The notes under the pieces: model-generated | Told to the model about the DNA's origin: nothing | The model's database searches: none | What the model saw: only the letters and a program-made list of their open reading frames with translations | Program-made: the position numbers and the translations under genes | From: Candidatus Berkelbacteria bacterium | GTDB lineage: Bacteria > Patescibacteriota > UBA1384 > XYA2-FULL-43-10 > CAINNR01 | Direction: 5' to 3' | DNA length: 57,758 nt | NCBI GenBank assembly: GCA_037142675.1 | Contig: JBAXAF010000005.1 | Location: 1 to 57,758 of the forward strand | Shown here: piece after piece, positions 38,778 through 48,774 of the stretch | Layout: the number at the start of each line of letters is the position of its first letter | How positions within the stretch are numbered: the stretch's first letter is position 1

Positions 38778-41651
38778 CTAAGCCGCCAGCGGCAGATCTT
38801 CGGGAAGTGTCGGCTCAGAATCACTGCTTGCCTTTTCTGATTCGAGATATTTTTCAAGCTCTCCAGTCGCTGCGAAGTCCGGCCCAGCCACTCGTCCTAA
38901 AAGCTGCCGCAAATTCATTTTTAGCGGTTCTCCACCCTGTGTTTTTATCCACATATTTTCCCGAGTGGCGACTCCTTGGTCTAATAAAAAATTTGGGGGG
39001 AAAGCATCGCGAGAACTGACAAAAAAACTTTTACTGCCAGGATTCCAGAGTAAATAAGTTTTGAAGCCCATAGCATAAGCGCTCTCAGCACTAATTTTAT
39101 TTTCAACATCTGTTCCTTTGCGTGTGTCAACTAGAATTTTCCCAGAATCTTTCGTTTCTAAAATCCAACCTTCTTTTTCCAACCGCTCAATGTTTTTTAA
39201 CGACGCTTCAATAAATTCTCTTCGTTCGACAGAAGGGTCCTTCTTCCTGCGAGTATGCAACAAACCATATTCTTCCAACTCTTCATTTGACAGCTGCTGG
39301 CTAGGATCTTTCCCGGCTTGAAAAAATTTCTCAACGTTTTCAAAAAACATATATCGCGATAAACCGTAAAGCGTGCGATCAGATTTTTTGTAATCTTCTA
39401 AGGTATTAGGGTAGGTTAAATTATCGCAGTCAGTAGCAAAATCAACTATTTTTTGAATATACGGCTTGTCCTCGAGCAAATCCAAGCCAACCATAATTTC
39501 GTGAATAAGTTTAGTTGCCGACTTGTCCTGGGTGACACTTTGCCCATGATAATCAGCAAAACCGGTGGTGTCATCGGAGTACTCCCATTTTTCAGCCGAG
39601 TCTATCCCGCCAGCAAAAACTCCTGTATATAAATTGATTTTTTCGGGAATAAATTCTCCAGCGGCAACCGGTCTGGGTGCCTTTTGATTATCAATTCCAG
39701 CCAAGGCCAACAAACCAAGTGCACATCTACCGTCGAGGTCCGGATAAAGTTTTCCGCCTTTTTCGCTAAACCCTTTATTTGCGAAGTGAACAACAAATTC
39801 GTTCTTCAAAACTAATCTGGCCAGCGTCTTAAAGCGCTCGTCTCGCTCGGCCGGATTATCGACATTTAAATTATTCCTTTGTTCAATAGTTGCTCGCGAC
39901 AAAACCCAGAATGCCGCATTTCGAAACATTTCAATTTTTTCTTCTGGCAAATTTTCAGCCTGCTCTAACTGTGAAACCAATTCCGCCTGCTCGGTCGAAG
40001 ATGCTGCATTAGTTGTTGGTTTTTCCTCGGTCGTCTCCACCGGCTCTTCAGCTGACTGACTTATAACTTCAGATTTTTTATTGGCGGCCGTAATTAGCTT
40101 GGTATTTTCAGCAATAAAAGTTTCCAGGGCCATTGTTTCAACTTTTGCTTTGCTTTCTTTGCCATCAGCTCTTTCTTCAACTTCAGCGGAAAACGAAACC
40201 AGCGGTGTTTCTTCATCGGTATAATCAACAGAAATTATTTTTATCTGTCGCTCACTATTTTCCCTGTTAGCCCCCTTGCCTTTTGAAACCGTTGTGTGAC
40301 TCCAAATGTCTCCTGGTTCCGGTAAGGTTTTCTTTAGTTCCTCCGCCTTGGCTTTTATCCTATCCAGCTTGGTCTCTGGCGCCAACTGACCCAGTATCTC
40401 GCCTCGTTGGCCAGAAAACTGCTTCCGTCGCTTTTCTAACTCTTCGTCTTGGCGCTCGCCGGCCCTTCTAGCCAAAGCGTTATCACCAGCCAAACCGAGT
40501 AATGCCGACATACTTTGAATAAAAAGCTCGCCGTTAGCAATCCGACTAAGACCGGGAGTGACACTATCATTCAAGACATGTGATCCAAACGGGCCCTGAG
40601 CCAAAACATTGGCATGCTGGGCATGCGCAGCAGCTAGCTCGGTGCCGTTATAATTAGAGACATAATTACTTGAAATATGCTGGGCGCTCTTTATGCCAGA
40701 ATCAATTTTCTCCACATAGTGCCAAACTCCATCATGGTCAAGGTCCATGGCCATTTTTTCACCGTGGTCCAGTCGCGTTTGCAAGTGCTGCATAACTTGA
40801 CCTTTAGCATGAAGCAGGGAATATACCCCACCTGCCAGGCCACCGCCAAAGGCCAACCACTCCTCCCGAATTTTCATTTTCTTCAAATAAGTGTCTAGCT
40901 CCTTTTCTGTTGATGCCACCTCAGCCAAGTTGCCGGCTCCAGCGACTTTCTTTTCACTTGAATAAACAAATTTTACCAAAGTTTTAATTTTTTCGGCCCT
41001 GGCCTCTTGGTATTCCTCTAATTTTTCTCCGGTTAACCCTTCCGGATTCTCCGGTCCGATTCCCCTGGCCAACTCTTCGGCCTCTTTATAGTGTTTAGAT
41101 TGAGCCAGAATTAGTTTTTCTCGAAACGAGCCTTCATCACCAAAACCTTTCCAAGCTTCACAAAACCCGCGGCCTAAAGCTGAGCCAAGAATAGCACCCG
41201 CCGGGACAGCACCAGTGCCGCCAGTCAAAAGACCAATACCAGCGATAATTGCCGCTGTTTTTGCTGTCTTCCAAGCGACATTAGCCACTCTTCGACCAAC
41301 TTCACTTAGAACATTATGTTTTACGCTACCTGTCTCGGCATCGTAGGAATAATCGTGCTCCCCACCCAACCAAGCGCGCAACTTGCCCAAGTAACCAGTG
41401 CCATAACGCTCATCTAGCCGCTTCGACTCTTCAGCTTTACGCCACTCTCCGGTTTGCATATCAGAAACAAGGCCGGCAATTTTATCATGTCGTTCTTTTT
41501 CAGACTCCTGCGGTTCAGCCTCCGGGTCGGCTGGCTTTTCTGTCTTCGCGACCACAGGTTTGGGCGGAGTCTCTATTTCTTCGTCATCTTCATCAAAGTC
41601 ATCAAGATCTTCCAATTCCGTGTTTGGAACGCCTCTAAATCCCTCAACCAT
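38778..41651 (-). CDS. large hypothetical protein (957 aa)
   Basis: Acidic N-terminus, Gly/Ala-rich hydrophobic segments (AAIIAGIGLLTGGTGAVPAGAILGSALG), coiled coils and a globular C-terminal half. No family recognised. Confidence 0.7.
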   Translation of the reverse strand: MVEGFRGVPNTELEDLDDFDEDDEEIETPPKPVVAKTEKPADPEAEPQESEKERHDKIAGLVSDMQTGEWRKAEESKRLDERYGTGYLGKLRAWLGGEHDYSYDAETGSVKHNVLSEVGRRVANVAWKTAKTAAIIAGIGLLTGGTGAVPAGAILGSALGRGFCEAWKGFGDEGSFREKLILAQSKHYKEAEELARGIGPENPEGLTGEKLEEYQEARAEKIKTLVKFVYSSEKKVAGAGNLAEVASTEKELDTYLKKMKIREEWLAFGGGLAGGVYSLLHAKGQVMQHLQTRLDHGEKMAMDLDHDGVWHYVEKIDSGIKSAQHISSNYVSNYNGTELAAAHAQHANVLAQGPFGSHVLNDSVTPGLSRIANGELFIQSMSALLGLAGDNALARRAGERQDEELEKRRKQFSGQRGEILGQLAPETKLDRIKAKAEELKKTLPEPGDIWSHTTVSKGKGANRENSERQIKIISVDYTDEETPLVSFSAEVEERADGKESKAKVETMALETFIAENTKLITAANKKSEVISQSAEEPVETTEEKPTTNAASSTEQAELVSQLEQAENLPEEKIEMFRNAAFWVLSRATIEQRNNLNVDNPAERDERFKTLARLVLKNEFVVHFANKGFSEKGGKLYPDLDGRCALGLLALAGIDNQKAPRPVAAGEFIPEKINLYTGVFAGGIDSAEKWEYSDDTTGFADYHGQSVTQDKSATKLIHEIMVGLDLLEDKPYIQKIVDFATDCDNLTYPNTLEDYKKSDRTLYGLSRYMFFENVEKFFQAGKDPSQQLSNEELEEYGLLHTRRKKDPSVERREFIEASLKNIERLEKEGWILETKDSGKILVDTRKGTDVENKISAESAYAMGFKTYLLWNPGSKSFFVSSRDAFPPNFLLDQGVATRENMWIKTQGGEPLKMNLRQLLGRVAGPDFAATGELEKYLESEKASSDSEPTLPEDLPLAA

Positions 41652-41980
41652 TAGACCCCCTGTCCATTTGAGAGCTCAACCAACTCTAATTTATACAGCA
41701 AAGACTCCTGTGAATAAAGCAATTTAATATCAATGTTTTTCTCCGCCATAAACTGCTCAAATCCTGCCTTATCATCATCCTCAAGAAAGCCTTTAACATC
41801 CTGGGCATCTTCTTCTGACAGTAAATCATCAACCCGTGCCATAACCCTGGTTTGAATTGTTGCCATCATTGTTTTGTAGAGTTCGTCTTTTTGTTCCGGC
41901 GGCATGTTCTCGCCACCAATAAGCTCCAAAATGTCTTTGTCAATAATGTCACGAGAGGTCCACTGTTTTGTGTTGCTCAT
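41651..41980 (-). CDS. small acidic hypothetical protein (109 aa)
   Basis: GGAAGGGA SD before ATG 41980. Its stop overlaps the start of the 957-aa gene (TAATG). Confidence 0.6.
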   Translation of the reverse strand: MSNTKQWTSRDIIDKDILELIGGENMPPEQKDELYKTMMATIQTRVMARVDDLLSEEDAQDVKGFLEDDDKAGFEQFMAEKNIDIKLLYSQESLLYKLELVELSNGQGV

Positions 41981-42077
41981 AATCCCTTCCAAATTAAATA
42001 TACTATTATGTTTTAAGATTAGGGCATTGAAACACAAAAATCAAATATCTAATCACTTGAATTGTTTTTACGCCAAC

Positions 42078-42734
42078 CTATTTAGTAAATTGGAAGGTCG
42101 ACAAAATAGTTTCCAACCGATTATCAGAGCTCAAAAAAGTTGATGTAGCTTCAAAATAATAATTGTCTTTATCCCAAAAATACACAGATTGCTCTACCAT
42201 GCCGGAAAAGACAGCCCGGAACCCATTCTGACCAGCAACTGTTGTTGGTACAGCTGAGTCTTTTGTATATAAATCGCTATTTGTGACAGTTGTGCTCAAG
42301 TTAAAATTCGCCGTTTTTGTAAATTCATCGAAATAAATATCTGAAGCTGCATCAATAGTTTCCTTTTTAATCGCCTCCTGCATTTCTGGTGAAGTTAGAA
42401 TCAACCCCAGCACTTGATCCGCAACAGTATTTTTTATAATTTCAACAACCCAATCGGCCGGGTATTTGAAGTTAAAGCCATAAGTCGAATTTGTGTATGT
42501 TTTCCAGTTGGTAGTATCAGCGATAACAACAGGCGCAGCGGCTGGCAACGAAACTTCCTCTGATACTGGAGTCTTTGGTTCGAATTGTGCAATCTGCTTA
42601 TTTAAATCGTCCATTTTTGTTTGATGGCTACTTCTAATAGTGTCAATTTGATTTTGCATCAATAAAAACACCCCGCCACCAACAATGACAAATGTTACCA
42701 CAATTGAAATAAAAAATTTCCAAAAATTAGACAT
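42078..42734 (-). CDS. membrane-anchored hypothetical protein (218 aa), paralogue of 47803-48441
   Basis: MSNFWKFFISIVVT..GGG..LMQNQIDTIRS..MDDLNKQIA ... FQFTK is shared with the paralogue. Confidence 0.65.
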   Translation of the reverse strand: MSNFWKFFISIVVTFVIVGGGVFLLMQNQIDTIRSSHQTKMDDLNKQIAQFEPKTPVSEEVSLPAAAPVVIADTTNWKTYTNSTYGFNFKYPADWVVEIIKNTVADQVLGLILTSPEMQEAIKKETIDAASDIYFDEFTKTANFNLSTTVTNSDLYTKDSAVPTTVAGQNGFRAVFSGMVEQSVYFWDKDNYYFEATSTFLSSDNRLETILSTFQFTK

Positions 42735-42790
42735 ATACCCTCAAAAAAAATTACATAGTGTTTTCAGAAATCCCATGCACCCTGTTGAAT

Positions 42791-44422
42791 TTATGGCTGA
42801 AAATCCTGAATCAGGCGAATATTATTAATAAAATCGCCTGCAAATATCTGGGCATAATTGCCAAACATATCCATAAGAAATAAGCCTTCGGTAGTATTGA
42901 ACAACAGCCCGTTGCTTTTACTAAGCCAAAAAGTAAAAAAAGATGGGTAAGGCAGTTGAAGTTTCTGACCAGTATCCATACTTAGCACATATTTTTGCTC
43001 AAATTCTGCCCTCGAATCCGAAACAATAGAATATTTACCATCAAAAGACTGCAAGTCCCTAACTGCCGTTTCATCTTGTAATTGTGGTGTCTTAGTATCA
43101 TAATAATCCCGCGCATAACTAGACAAACTTGCCGTTAAATCGTTACCAATAAGGTCAAACGCCATAATTGTCCCCTGACCGTTGCAATCATCAGATCTAA
43201 CAATCACATTTTTTAAATCCTGATCATAAAAAACAGTAGGAAAATAATTTCCCTTAATTTTATTTTTTGTGATGATTGTATCTTTGCCATTATCTAGGTT
43301 TATATAGCCAATATCATAAAGATTGGCCCCTTGGCACCAATCTGCTTCATTTGCATCAACTTCTTTCTCTGAGGACTCCTTGGAATAGAAATAATATTTA
43401 TAATCGTAAGAAAACTCGCCTGACCTTGGCAATTTGATAGGCTTTTTATTAGTTGTGTCGGTTAATATAATATTTTCTGCATTATCAAAATAAAACCTTT
43501 CAAACGAAATCCCCTTCAACTGTCCGATATCTACCTTCTTAGATTCAGTACTATTGGATTTGTAAGAATTTTTCTCCCAAATCATCATCGGAGAGACTAG
43601 TAGTATCAGCGCTAGGCTGACAATAAACATTAATCTAGTCGTTTTTTTACTATCATCATTTTGTTCAATAAAAAATAATACAATGCTAGACGCTGAAAAT
43701 AATCCAGCTAGAACAAGAAGATATAGCGATGATTTAGATAAAACATTTTGATCGTTTAATATAAACAGCGGAGAGTTATTTACATAAGCTGCTAAGAGAG
43801 ATGCAAAAACTCCTAGCATCAAGCAAGTCCAGCTTTTAATTTTTGGCTTTGATTTTGGAAAAAGGACGATGGCCACTGAGAATAGTATCAAATAAAGCAA
43901 TGCCAAAGTTACAGGATACACCTCGGCACCTACCCTTGGCAAAATAAAGAACTGTATTGCAGGGAGTTCAAGCGCCCCTAACAGTGAGCCCAAAAACGTT
44001 AAGAAAAATTTATCATGCAAATTTCTGCTCAAAATAAAACTAATTAAGGGGATAATGATTAGACAATTAGCTCCAAACCACCACCAAAATTTAACTGGTT
44101 TTTTGAACAATTTAATACCAACTATTGTTGCAGGAATTGAAAAAATAATTCCAATCAACGGAAAAAACAATGACATTATCCCATCAGTTGCAGGATACAC
44201 ACCCAGAAGCATTAAGATTATAACTATCAACATCCAGCCGGACGGCAAAAGTAAAACAAGATTTAAAAACTTAAGAAATATTGGCACAAGTGGAACAATT
44301 TGACCAGAAATCGGTGGAGACGTAAACGAGATAGGTTCCAAATGAGGGGTGGCTGGATTAGGATTATTGGCAGACACCTGAAAATTCTCTGCCGCAGATT
44401 CTCTCTCATTGTCGTTAATCAT
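42791..44422 (-). CDS. polytopic membrane protein with C-terminal extracytoplasmic domain (543 aa)
   Basis: About 8 TM helices followed by a domain of about 250 aa. No family recognised. Confidence 0.65.
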   Translation of the reverse strand: MINDNERESAAENFQVSANNPNPATPHLEPISFTSPPISGQIVPLVPIFLKFLNLVLLLPSGWMLIVIILMLLGVYPATDGIMSLFFPLIGIIFSIPATIVGIKLFKKPVKFWWWFGANCLIIIPLISFILSRNLHDKFFLTFLGSLLGALELPAIQFFILPRVGAEVYPVTLALLYLILFSVAIVLFPKSKPKIKSWTCLMLGVFASLLAAYVNNSPLFILNDQNVLSKSSLYLLVLAGLFSASSIVLFFIEQNDDSKKTTRLMFIVSLALILLVSPMMIWEKNSYKSNSTESKKVDIGQLKGISFERFYFDNAENIILTDTTNKKPIKLPRSGEFSYDYKYYFYSKESSEKEVDANEADWCQGANLYDIGYINLDNGKDTIITKNKIKGNYFPTVFYDQDLKNVIVRSDDCNGQGTIMAFDLIGNDLTASLSSYARDYYDTKTPQLQDETAVRDLQSFDGKYSIVSDSRAEFEQKYVLSMDTGQKLQLPYPSFFTFWLSKSNGLLFNTTEGLFLMDMFGNYAQIFAGDFINNIRLIQDFQP

Positions 44423-44441
44423 ATGCTTCTCTAGAATAATT

Positions 44442-45401
44442 CTAATATAGATACTTATTTATATTGGCTGTTTGCTCGGCCTGAGTTTTGGCAAAATAAA
44501 TTTTTCCGTCCTTGCCATACAGGAAGAATAGATAACTATTCGTTCCTGGGTGCAAAACTGAATTAATTGCTGCCAGGCTCGGAGTGCAAATAGGTGTTGG
44601 TGGCAAACCAGCTTGAGAATATGTATTATACGGTCCTGGGTATTTTGTTGTGTCGCCAGATGCCGGTTGCCAGAATTTATAATTGAGAAGACCAACGGAC
44701 TGCCAATTGTCAGTATCTTTTTGATAAATTGATGTGACGTCGGACTGCAACTTCATCGCTATTTTAATGCGATTGTTAAAGACCGCAGCAATCTCTGGCA
44801 TATCAGCAACTGGCCCGGCTTCCTTTTGAATAATTGAAGCCAACGCCAAATCACCTTCAGTCACTGATAAACCATCAGTCTTCGCCTGATAGTTTTCTGT
44901 CATTTTAGAAATTGCTTCATCGACAGTCGGTTCGTCAGAAAGTTTATACGTATCAGGAAATAATTTTCCTTCTAAGTTTGTGCTTTTGGCCAAAAATTCT
45001 TCGCTAGAAATATTTAGATTCTTGGACAAATACGCCGCTACTTGTTCTCGTCGCCAGCCATCTTTAATTGTTATCCATTTGACCTGGTGGCTACCATCGC
45101 TGAGAATTTCTGCAATTTGAATCTGATTAAGAGTTGTTGGCAATAAATAATCGCCCGACTTAATCGTCAGTTTTTTAAATTTAAGATATAACTGAAAAGA
45201 CCAACTTGAGTCAATGAAACCATGGCTCACTAAGTTATGAGAAACTTGGGAGGCAGACTGCCCGTCAGCAATAACAAACTCGCCACGAGTGCCAGAGACA
45301 GCTTCTACTGCAACATCGGAATTATTAGGGCTTTCAATCCGCTGGCGGAAATAAAAAAGAAATCCAACTACTGCCAAAATAAAAATTAGCAGAAAAACCA
45401 A
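44442..45401 (-). CDS. mltG: endolytic murein transglycosylase MltG (YceG-like)
   Basis: N-terminal anchor, YceG-like core (LASIIQKEA, PPTPICTPS, LFFLYGKDGK). Confidence 0.85.
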   Translation of the reverse strand: MVFLLIFILAVVGFLFYFRQRIESPNNSDVAVEAVSGTRGEFVIADGQSASQVSHNLVSHGFIDSSWSFQLYLKFKKLTIKSGDYLLPTTLNQIQIAEILSDGSHQVKWITIKDGWRREQVAAYLSKNLNISSEEFLAKSTNLEGKLFPDTYKLSDEPTVDEAISKMTENYQAKTDGLSVTEGDLALASIIQKEAGPVADMPEIAAVFNNRIKIAMKLQSDVTSIYQKDTDNWQSVGLLNYKFWQPASGDTTKYPGPYNTYSQAGLPPTPICTPSLAAINSVLHPGTNSYLFFLYGKDGKIYFAKTQAEQTANINKYLY

Positions 45402-45412
45402 AAGGGTTTTTC

Positions 45413-45826
45413 TTACAGTGCCTCTTGCGATGTGTCCTCCTCGTTGGCGATATATTGTTCCAAAATCAGCCGAGCGGCTGTTTGATCAACCTTGTCCTCA
45501 ATTTCATCCGACGAAACGCCTTCCTCTTTTAATAATTCCAAAGCTGTTTGTGTGGTCAAATTTTCCGGCTCAAAATAAATTGGCAGCTTAGTCTCAAATT
45601 TTAATTTCTGAGCAAATTTCTCTATTTCCGGCCCTAAACTCCCCTGATCACCGCTCTCAAAAACTGGCATGCCAATGACAATTCTCTCAATCCCTTCCTG
45701 TTTGCAAAGTTTAGTAATTCGCTCAAAAATATCTGGTCGATTCGGCAGAGTGGCTAAATCGTACGGAATTTCTTTGCCAACAGCCAAACCAATTTTTTTT
45801 GTTCCAAAATCAATTCCTAAATACAT
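45413..45826 (-). CDS. ruvX: YqgF/RuvX putative pre-16S rRNA nuclease
   Basis: LGIDFGTKKIGLAVG, 137 aa. Confidence 0.9.
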   Translation of the reverse strand: MYLGIDFGTKKIGLAVGKEIPYDLATLPNRPDIFERITKLCKQEGIERIVIGMPVFESGDQGSLGPEIEKFAQKLKFETKLPIYFEPENLTTQTALELLKEEGVSSDEIEDKVDQTAARLILEQYIANEEDTSQEAL

Positions 45827-47718
45827 TATTTAACTCCACTTGTGGTGGCAGCTGAGCCATAATTAAAATTTATAGTGATTCGTCTGGCCAACGCTGGCAG
45901 TGACCGCAAAAAGCTTGGATTAGATGTAATACTAGCTGAAAGAACACCAGGGTAGCTAGTTAATTTGGTTGTTGCAGCTGTCACCGACTTGAACTTAATT
46001 GCGATTTTCATTGCGTCCGTATCATATTTTCCGGCAATGTAACCGTCAAATGTCCCCTTTAGTATAATCATACCGGCAGCGATATCAGTACTAGACACCT
46101 CATATTTAACACTCTCTGAATTGTTTGTTACCAATTGTTTATCCGAAGCCAGTTTAGTTTTGGCACTTTCCAGAAGCATGGTTTTAAAGTCATCCTCAGA
46201 AAACGTAAGTGCAGTAACTTTAATTTTGGCCGTGTAATTGAAGGTGTCAACCTGATCACCAACTTTGGCTGATGCACTTTCCGAGGTGACAGAAGGTAGA
46301 ACTGCAGAATCCAGGAGCTTATCGCTAGCGGTAAGCCCAGATTTTATTTTCGCAACGATGGTATTTTGAAGCTCGTTTTCAGTTGAAGTCTTGGCGTCAC
46401 TGATATCTTTATCTGCAACAATTTTAACTATTTGATTTGTGCCGCCAGCCATAGCCGCTGAACTCTTGCCATAAATTTTTGATTGCTGAACACTTGGCAC
46501 TGAACTAATTGTAAAATTTGAAGCTCCAATATTTCCAGCCTCACCAACATCGACAGCTTCGACATTAACGTCAATTGTTCCAGGAGGATTTATTTCATAC
46601 GTTGATGGCGGAATTATATTTGGGTGACCAGCAGGAACGGTAACAGCAGCGGTTGAAACAAATGATATTCCAGCAGTAGTAGTAAGTTTGCTACCAGCTG
46701 CAATGTCATGTGGCTTATCATCCCAGTAATTATAAACTGTAATTTTGCCCTTGGACTTGGTGCCTATATTTTTTGTTCCACTAGCCGCGAATGGCTTAGT
46801 TAAATCCTGCTCATCTGAAGCTAATTTTCCAGGTATGGCCGAAGTCGAGGGATCAATTGAGGTCGCGTCTTTGCTAACTTTAATATCAGCAGTCGAAGAA
46901 AATGGTTCCGATGCAACCGCAAGTGTCACCGTTGCCTTCGGCAAAGCAATATAGGCGCCACCGATTAAAGCCAGCACGACAACAGCAGAAATAATTCCGA
47001 TTATCATCTTCTTTCGGCTTTTGGCAGTTCGTATTTTGCCGAAAACTTGACCACCGCTTAAATCCTGGCGAGAAATTTCACGCTGTTTCATTTCTGGCTC
47101 CATTGGTTTCTTAATTAATCTATAGTCGGCTGGCTCCTCGACTGGAGCAGGAATTGGCTCTGGATGTTCATCCGCCTTCTCTATTAATTCTTCTTCAATA
47201 ATCGCACCACCTGCTGTTGCTGCTTCGTCAGCGTCACGGACAGCTTCAATTACTTCGCTGTCGACATCAACTATCATTTTTTCTGACTCAAATGATTCAA
47301 TTTCCGGCTCAGCAGCAGGTATCACTGGTTCCATGTCTTCGCTGCCATCCCTGTCGTATTGATGAACCTTAACGCCATCTATTTCTTCAACCGGAGAAGC
47401 ATTTTTTTCTGCCACAGTTGGCTTGGGAATCTCGACTTCCGGCTCCACAACCCCCGCTTTAGCATCGTCAATACTTTCGTAAACCGAGAGTCCGATTTGT
47501 GATGCTAAATTGTGAGCGATGTTGTCGTTCGTCACCAACGCCACTTCTTTTTTCAGAGCTTTACTTCGCTTGACCAAAAGCTTTAGATTAACAATACTGT
47601 TAGCAAGCGTTGAACCCCGAGGTATTACAAGAGAAACCGACTTGTCCTCGACCTTGGAAATCTTGTCGATGACATCGGTTATCTCTTCATCTGTTTCTAG
47701 GTAAATAAGTTTACTCAT
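45826..47718 (-). CDS. hypothetical membrane-anchored protein (about 630 aa)
   Basis: Conserved-looking N-domain (LIYLETDEEITDVIDKI), an acidic linker, one TM helix and a large extracytoplasmic region. The start is uncertain (ATG 47718, 47736 or TTG 47751). Confidence 0.65.
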   Translation of the reverse strand: MSKLIYLETDEEITDVIDKISKVEDKSVSLVIPRGSTLANSIVNLKLLVKRSKALKKEVALVTNDNIAHNLASQIGLSVYESIDDAKAGVVEPEVEIPKPTVAEKNASPVEEIDGVKVHQYDRDGSEDMEPVIPAAEPEIESFESEKMIVDVDSEVIEAVRDADEAATAGGAIIEEELIEKADEHPEPIPAPVEEPADYRLIKKPMEPEMKQREISRQDLSGGQVFGKIRTAKSRKKMIIGIISAVVVLALIGGAYIALPKATVTLAVASEPFSSTADIKVSKDATSIDPSTSAIPGKLASDEQDLTKPFAASGTKNIGTKSKGKITVYNYWDDKPHDIAAGSKLTTTAGISFVSTAAVTVPAGHPNIIPPSTYEINPPGTIDVNVEAVDVGEAGNIGASNFTISSVPSVQQSKIYGKSSAAMAGGTNQIVKIVADKDISDAKTSTENELQNTIVAKIKSGLTASDKLLDSAVLPSVTSESASAKVGDQVDTFNYTAKIKVTALTFSEDDFKTMLLESAKTKLASDKQLVTNNSESVKYEVSSTDIAAGMIILKGTFDGYIAGKYDTDAMKIAIKFKSVTAATTKLTSYPGVLSASITSNPSFLRSLPALARRITINFNYGSAATTSGVK

Positions 47719-47802
47719 ATTTTCTTTTTTTGTCATTGCAAGGAGGAACAACGAAATAATCTCAGACTACCACTCCTTCGGCTCACGATGACTATTTATA
47801 TT

Positions 47803-48441
47803 TTATTTGGTGAATTGGAAAGAGGCAAGAATTTGATTCTGAATTGTCGTTAATGCGGCTTTGTTTTTTGCTAAACCATCCAAATTGCCTGTATCAGCAA
47901 CAACATGAAAAATATTTGAACCACTTTTTACTAAAATCCCGTAGGAAGTTATTATTCCATTATCAGCACCTTCATAAGCTGGTAAGCCAGCAAAAGTAAT
48001 TTTTGTCGCGCTAGAAAAAGTCTTATCTGCCACTGCACCGGCAATGTAAGAATCAAGGCTCAAAGATGACTGTTCAGCTTCGACACTGACAAGTGACCCT
48101 TGATCGCCACTGAGGACATTGATAAAAACACCATCATTGTCCGAATAACTGCTGGCCTTACCAGCAGAATAATTGCTTGGATATTTAATGCTGAAACCAA
48201 CAGAATCATTCGTCCATGTTTTCCAACTTGCTGCTTCATCAGTGGTCACCACAGGTGAGGTTGTAGCTGTTGCTGAGGCTGTGGATTTCAAGGCGGCGAT
48301 TTGTTTATTTAAGGCGTCCATTTGAGCCTGATTGTCGGAGCGAATGGAGTCAATTTGTTTTTGCATTAGATAATAAATGCCACCGCCAGCAACAGCGATT
48401 GTAACAATTATGCTGATAAAGATTTTCCAGAAATTAGACAT
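47803..48441 (-). CDS. membrane-anchored hypothetical protein (212 aa), paralogue of 42078-42734
   Basis: GAGGAGG before ATG 48441. N-terminus MSNFWKIFISIIVT... and C-terminus SFQFTK match the paralogue. Confidence 0.65.
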   Translation of the reverse strand: MSNFWKIFISIIVTIAVAGGGIYYLMQKQIDSIRSDNQAQMDALNKQIAALKSTASATATTSPVVTTDEAASWKTWTNDSVGFSIKYPSNYSAGKASSYSDNDGVFINVLSGDQGSLVSVEAEQSSLSLDSYIAGAVADKTFSSATKITFAGLPAYEGADNGIITSYGILVKSGSNIFHVVADTGNLDGLAKNKAALTTIQNQILASFQFTK

Positions 48442-48449
48442 TTTCCTCC

Positions 48450-48764
48450 TCAAGCTAACTTTACAACTTTTTTGATTTTGATAATTTCGTCTTCATGACG
48501 ATCAAGAGTAGCACGAATCATAACGTGTTCTTCGTCAACATTCGTCATTTTCTTCATTGCAGTATCGATGGCAGACAGGATCCGATCTTCGGTTTGTTTT
48601 ATCTGATCCTCAATCTGTTCAAATTTATCATCATGATCTAAGAGTTTATTAACAACTCGGTCAAACTTTTCATCATGACTAGTAAATTTCTTATCATGTT
48701 CTGATAATTTTTTCTGAATTTCTGTTAGTGTTTTAGTCGTTTTCTTTTCAAAATTTTCTATCAT
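48450..48764 (-). CDS. small coiled-coil protein (104 aa)
   Basis: Repetitive HDKKF/HDEKF/HDDKF heptad-like pattern. It sits between the ftsA-like gene and the paralogue. Confidence 0.5.
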   Translation of the reverse strand: MIENFEKKTTKTLTEIQKKLSEHDKKFTSHDEKFDRVVNKLLDHDDKFEQIEDQIKQTEDRILSAIDTAMKKMTNVDEEHVMIRATLDRHEDEIIKIKKVVKLA

Positions 48765-48774
48765 AATAAGTTTC

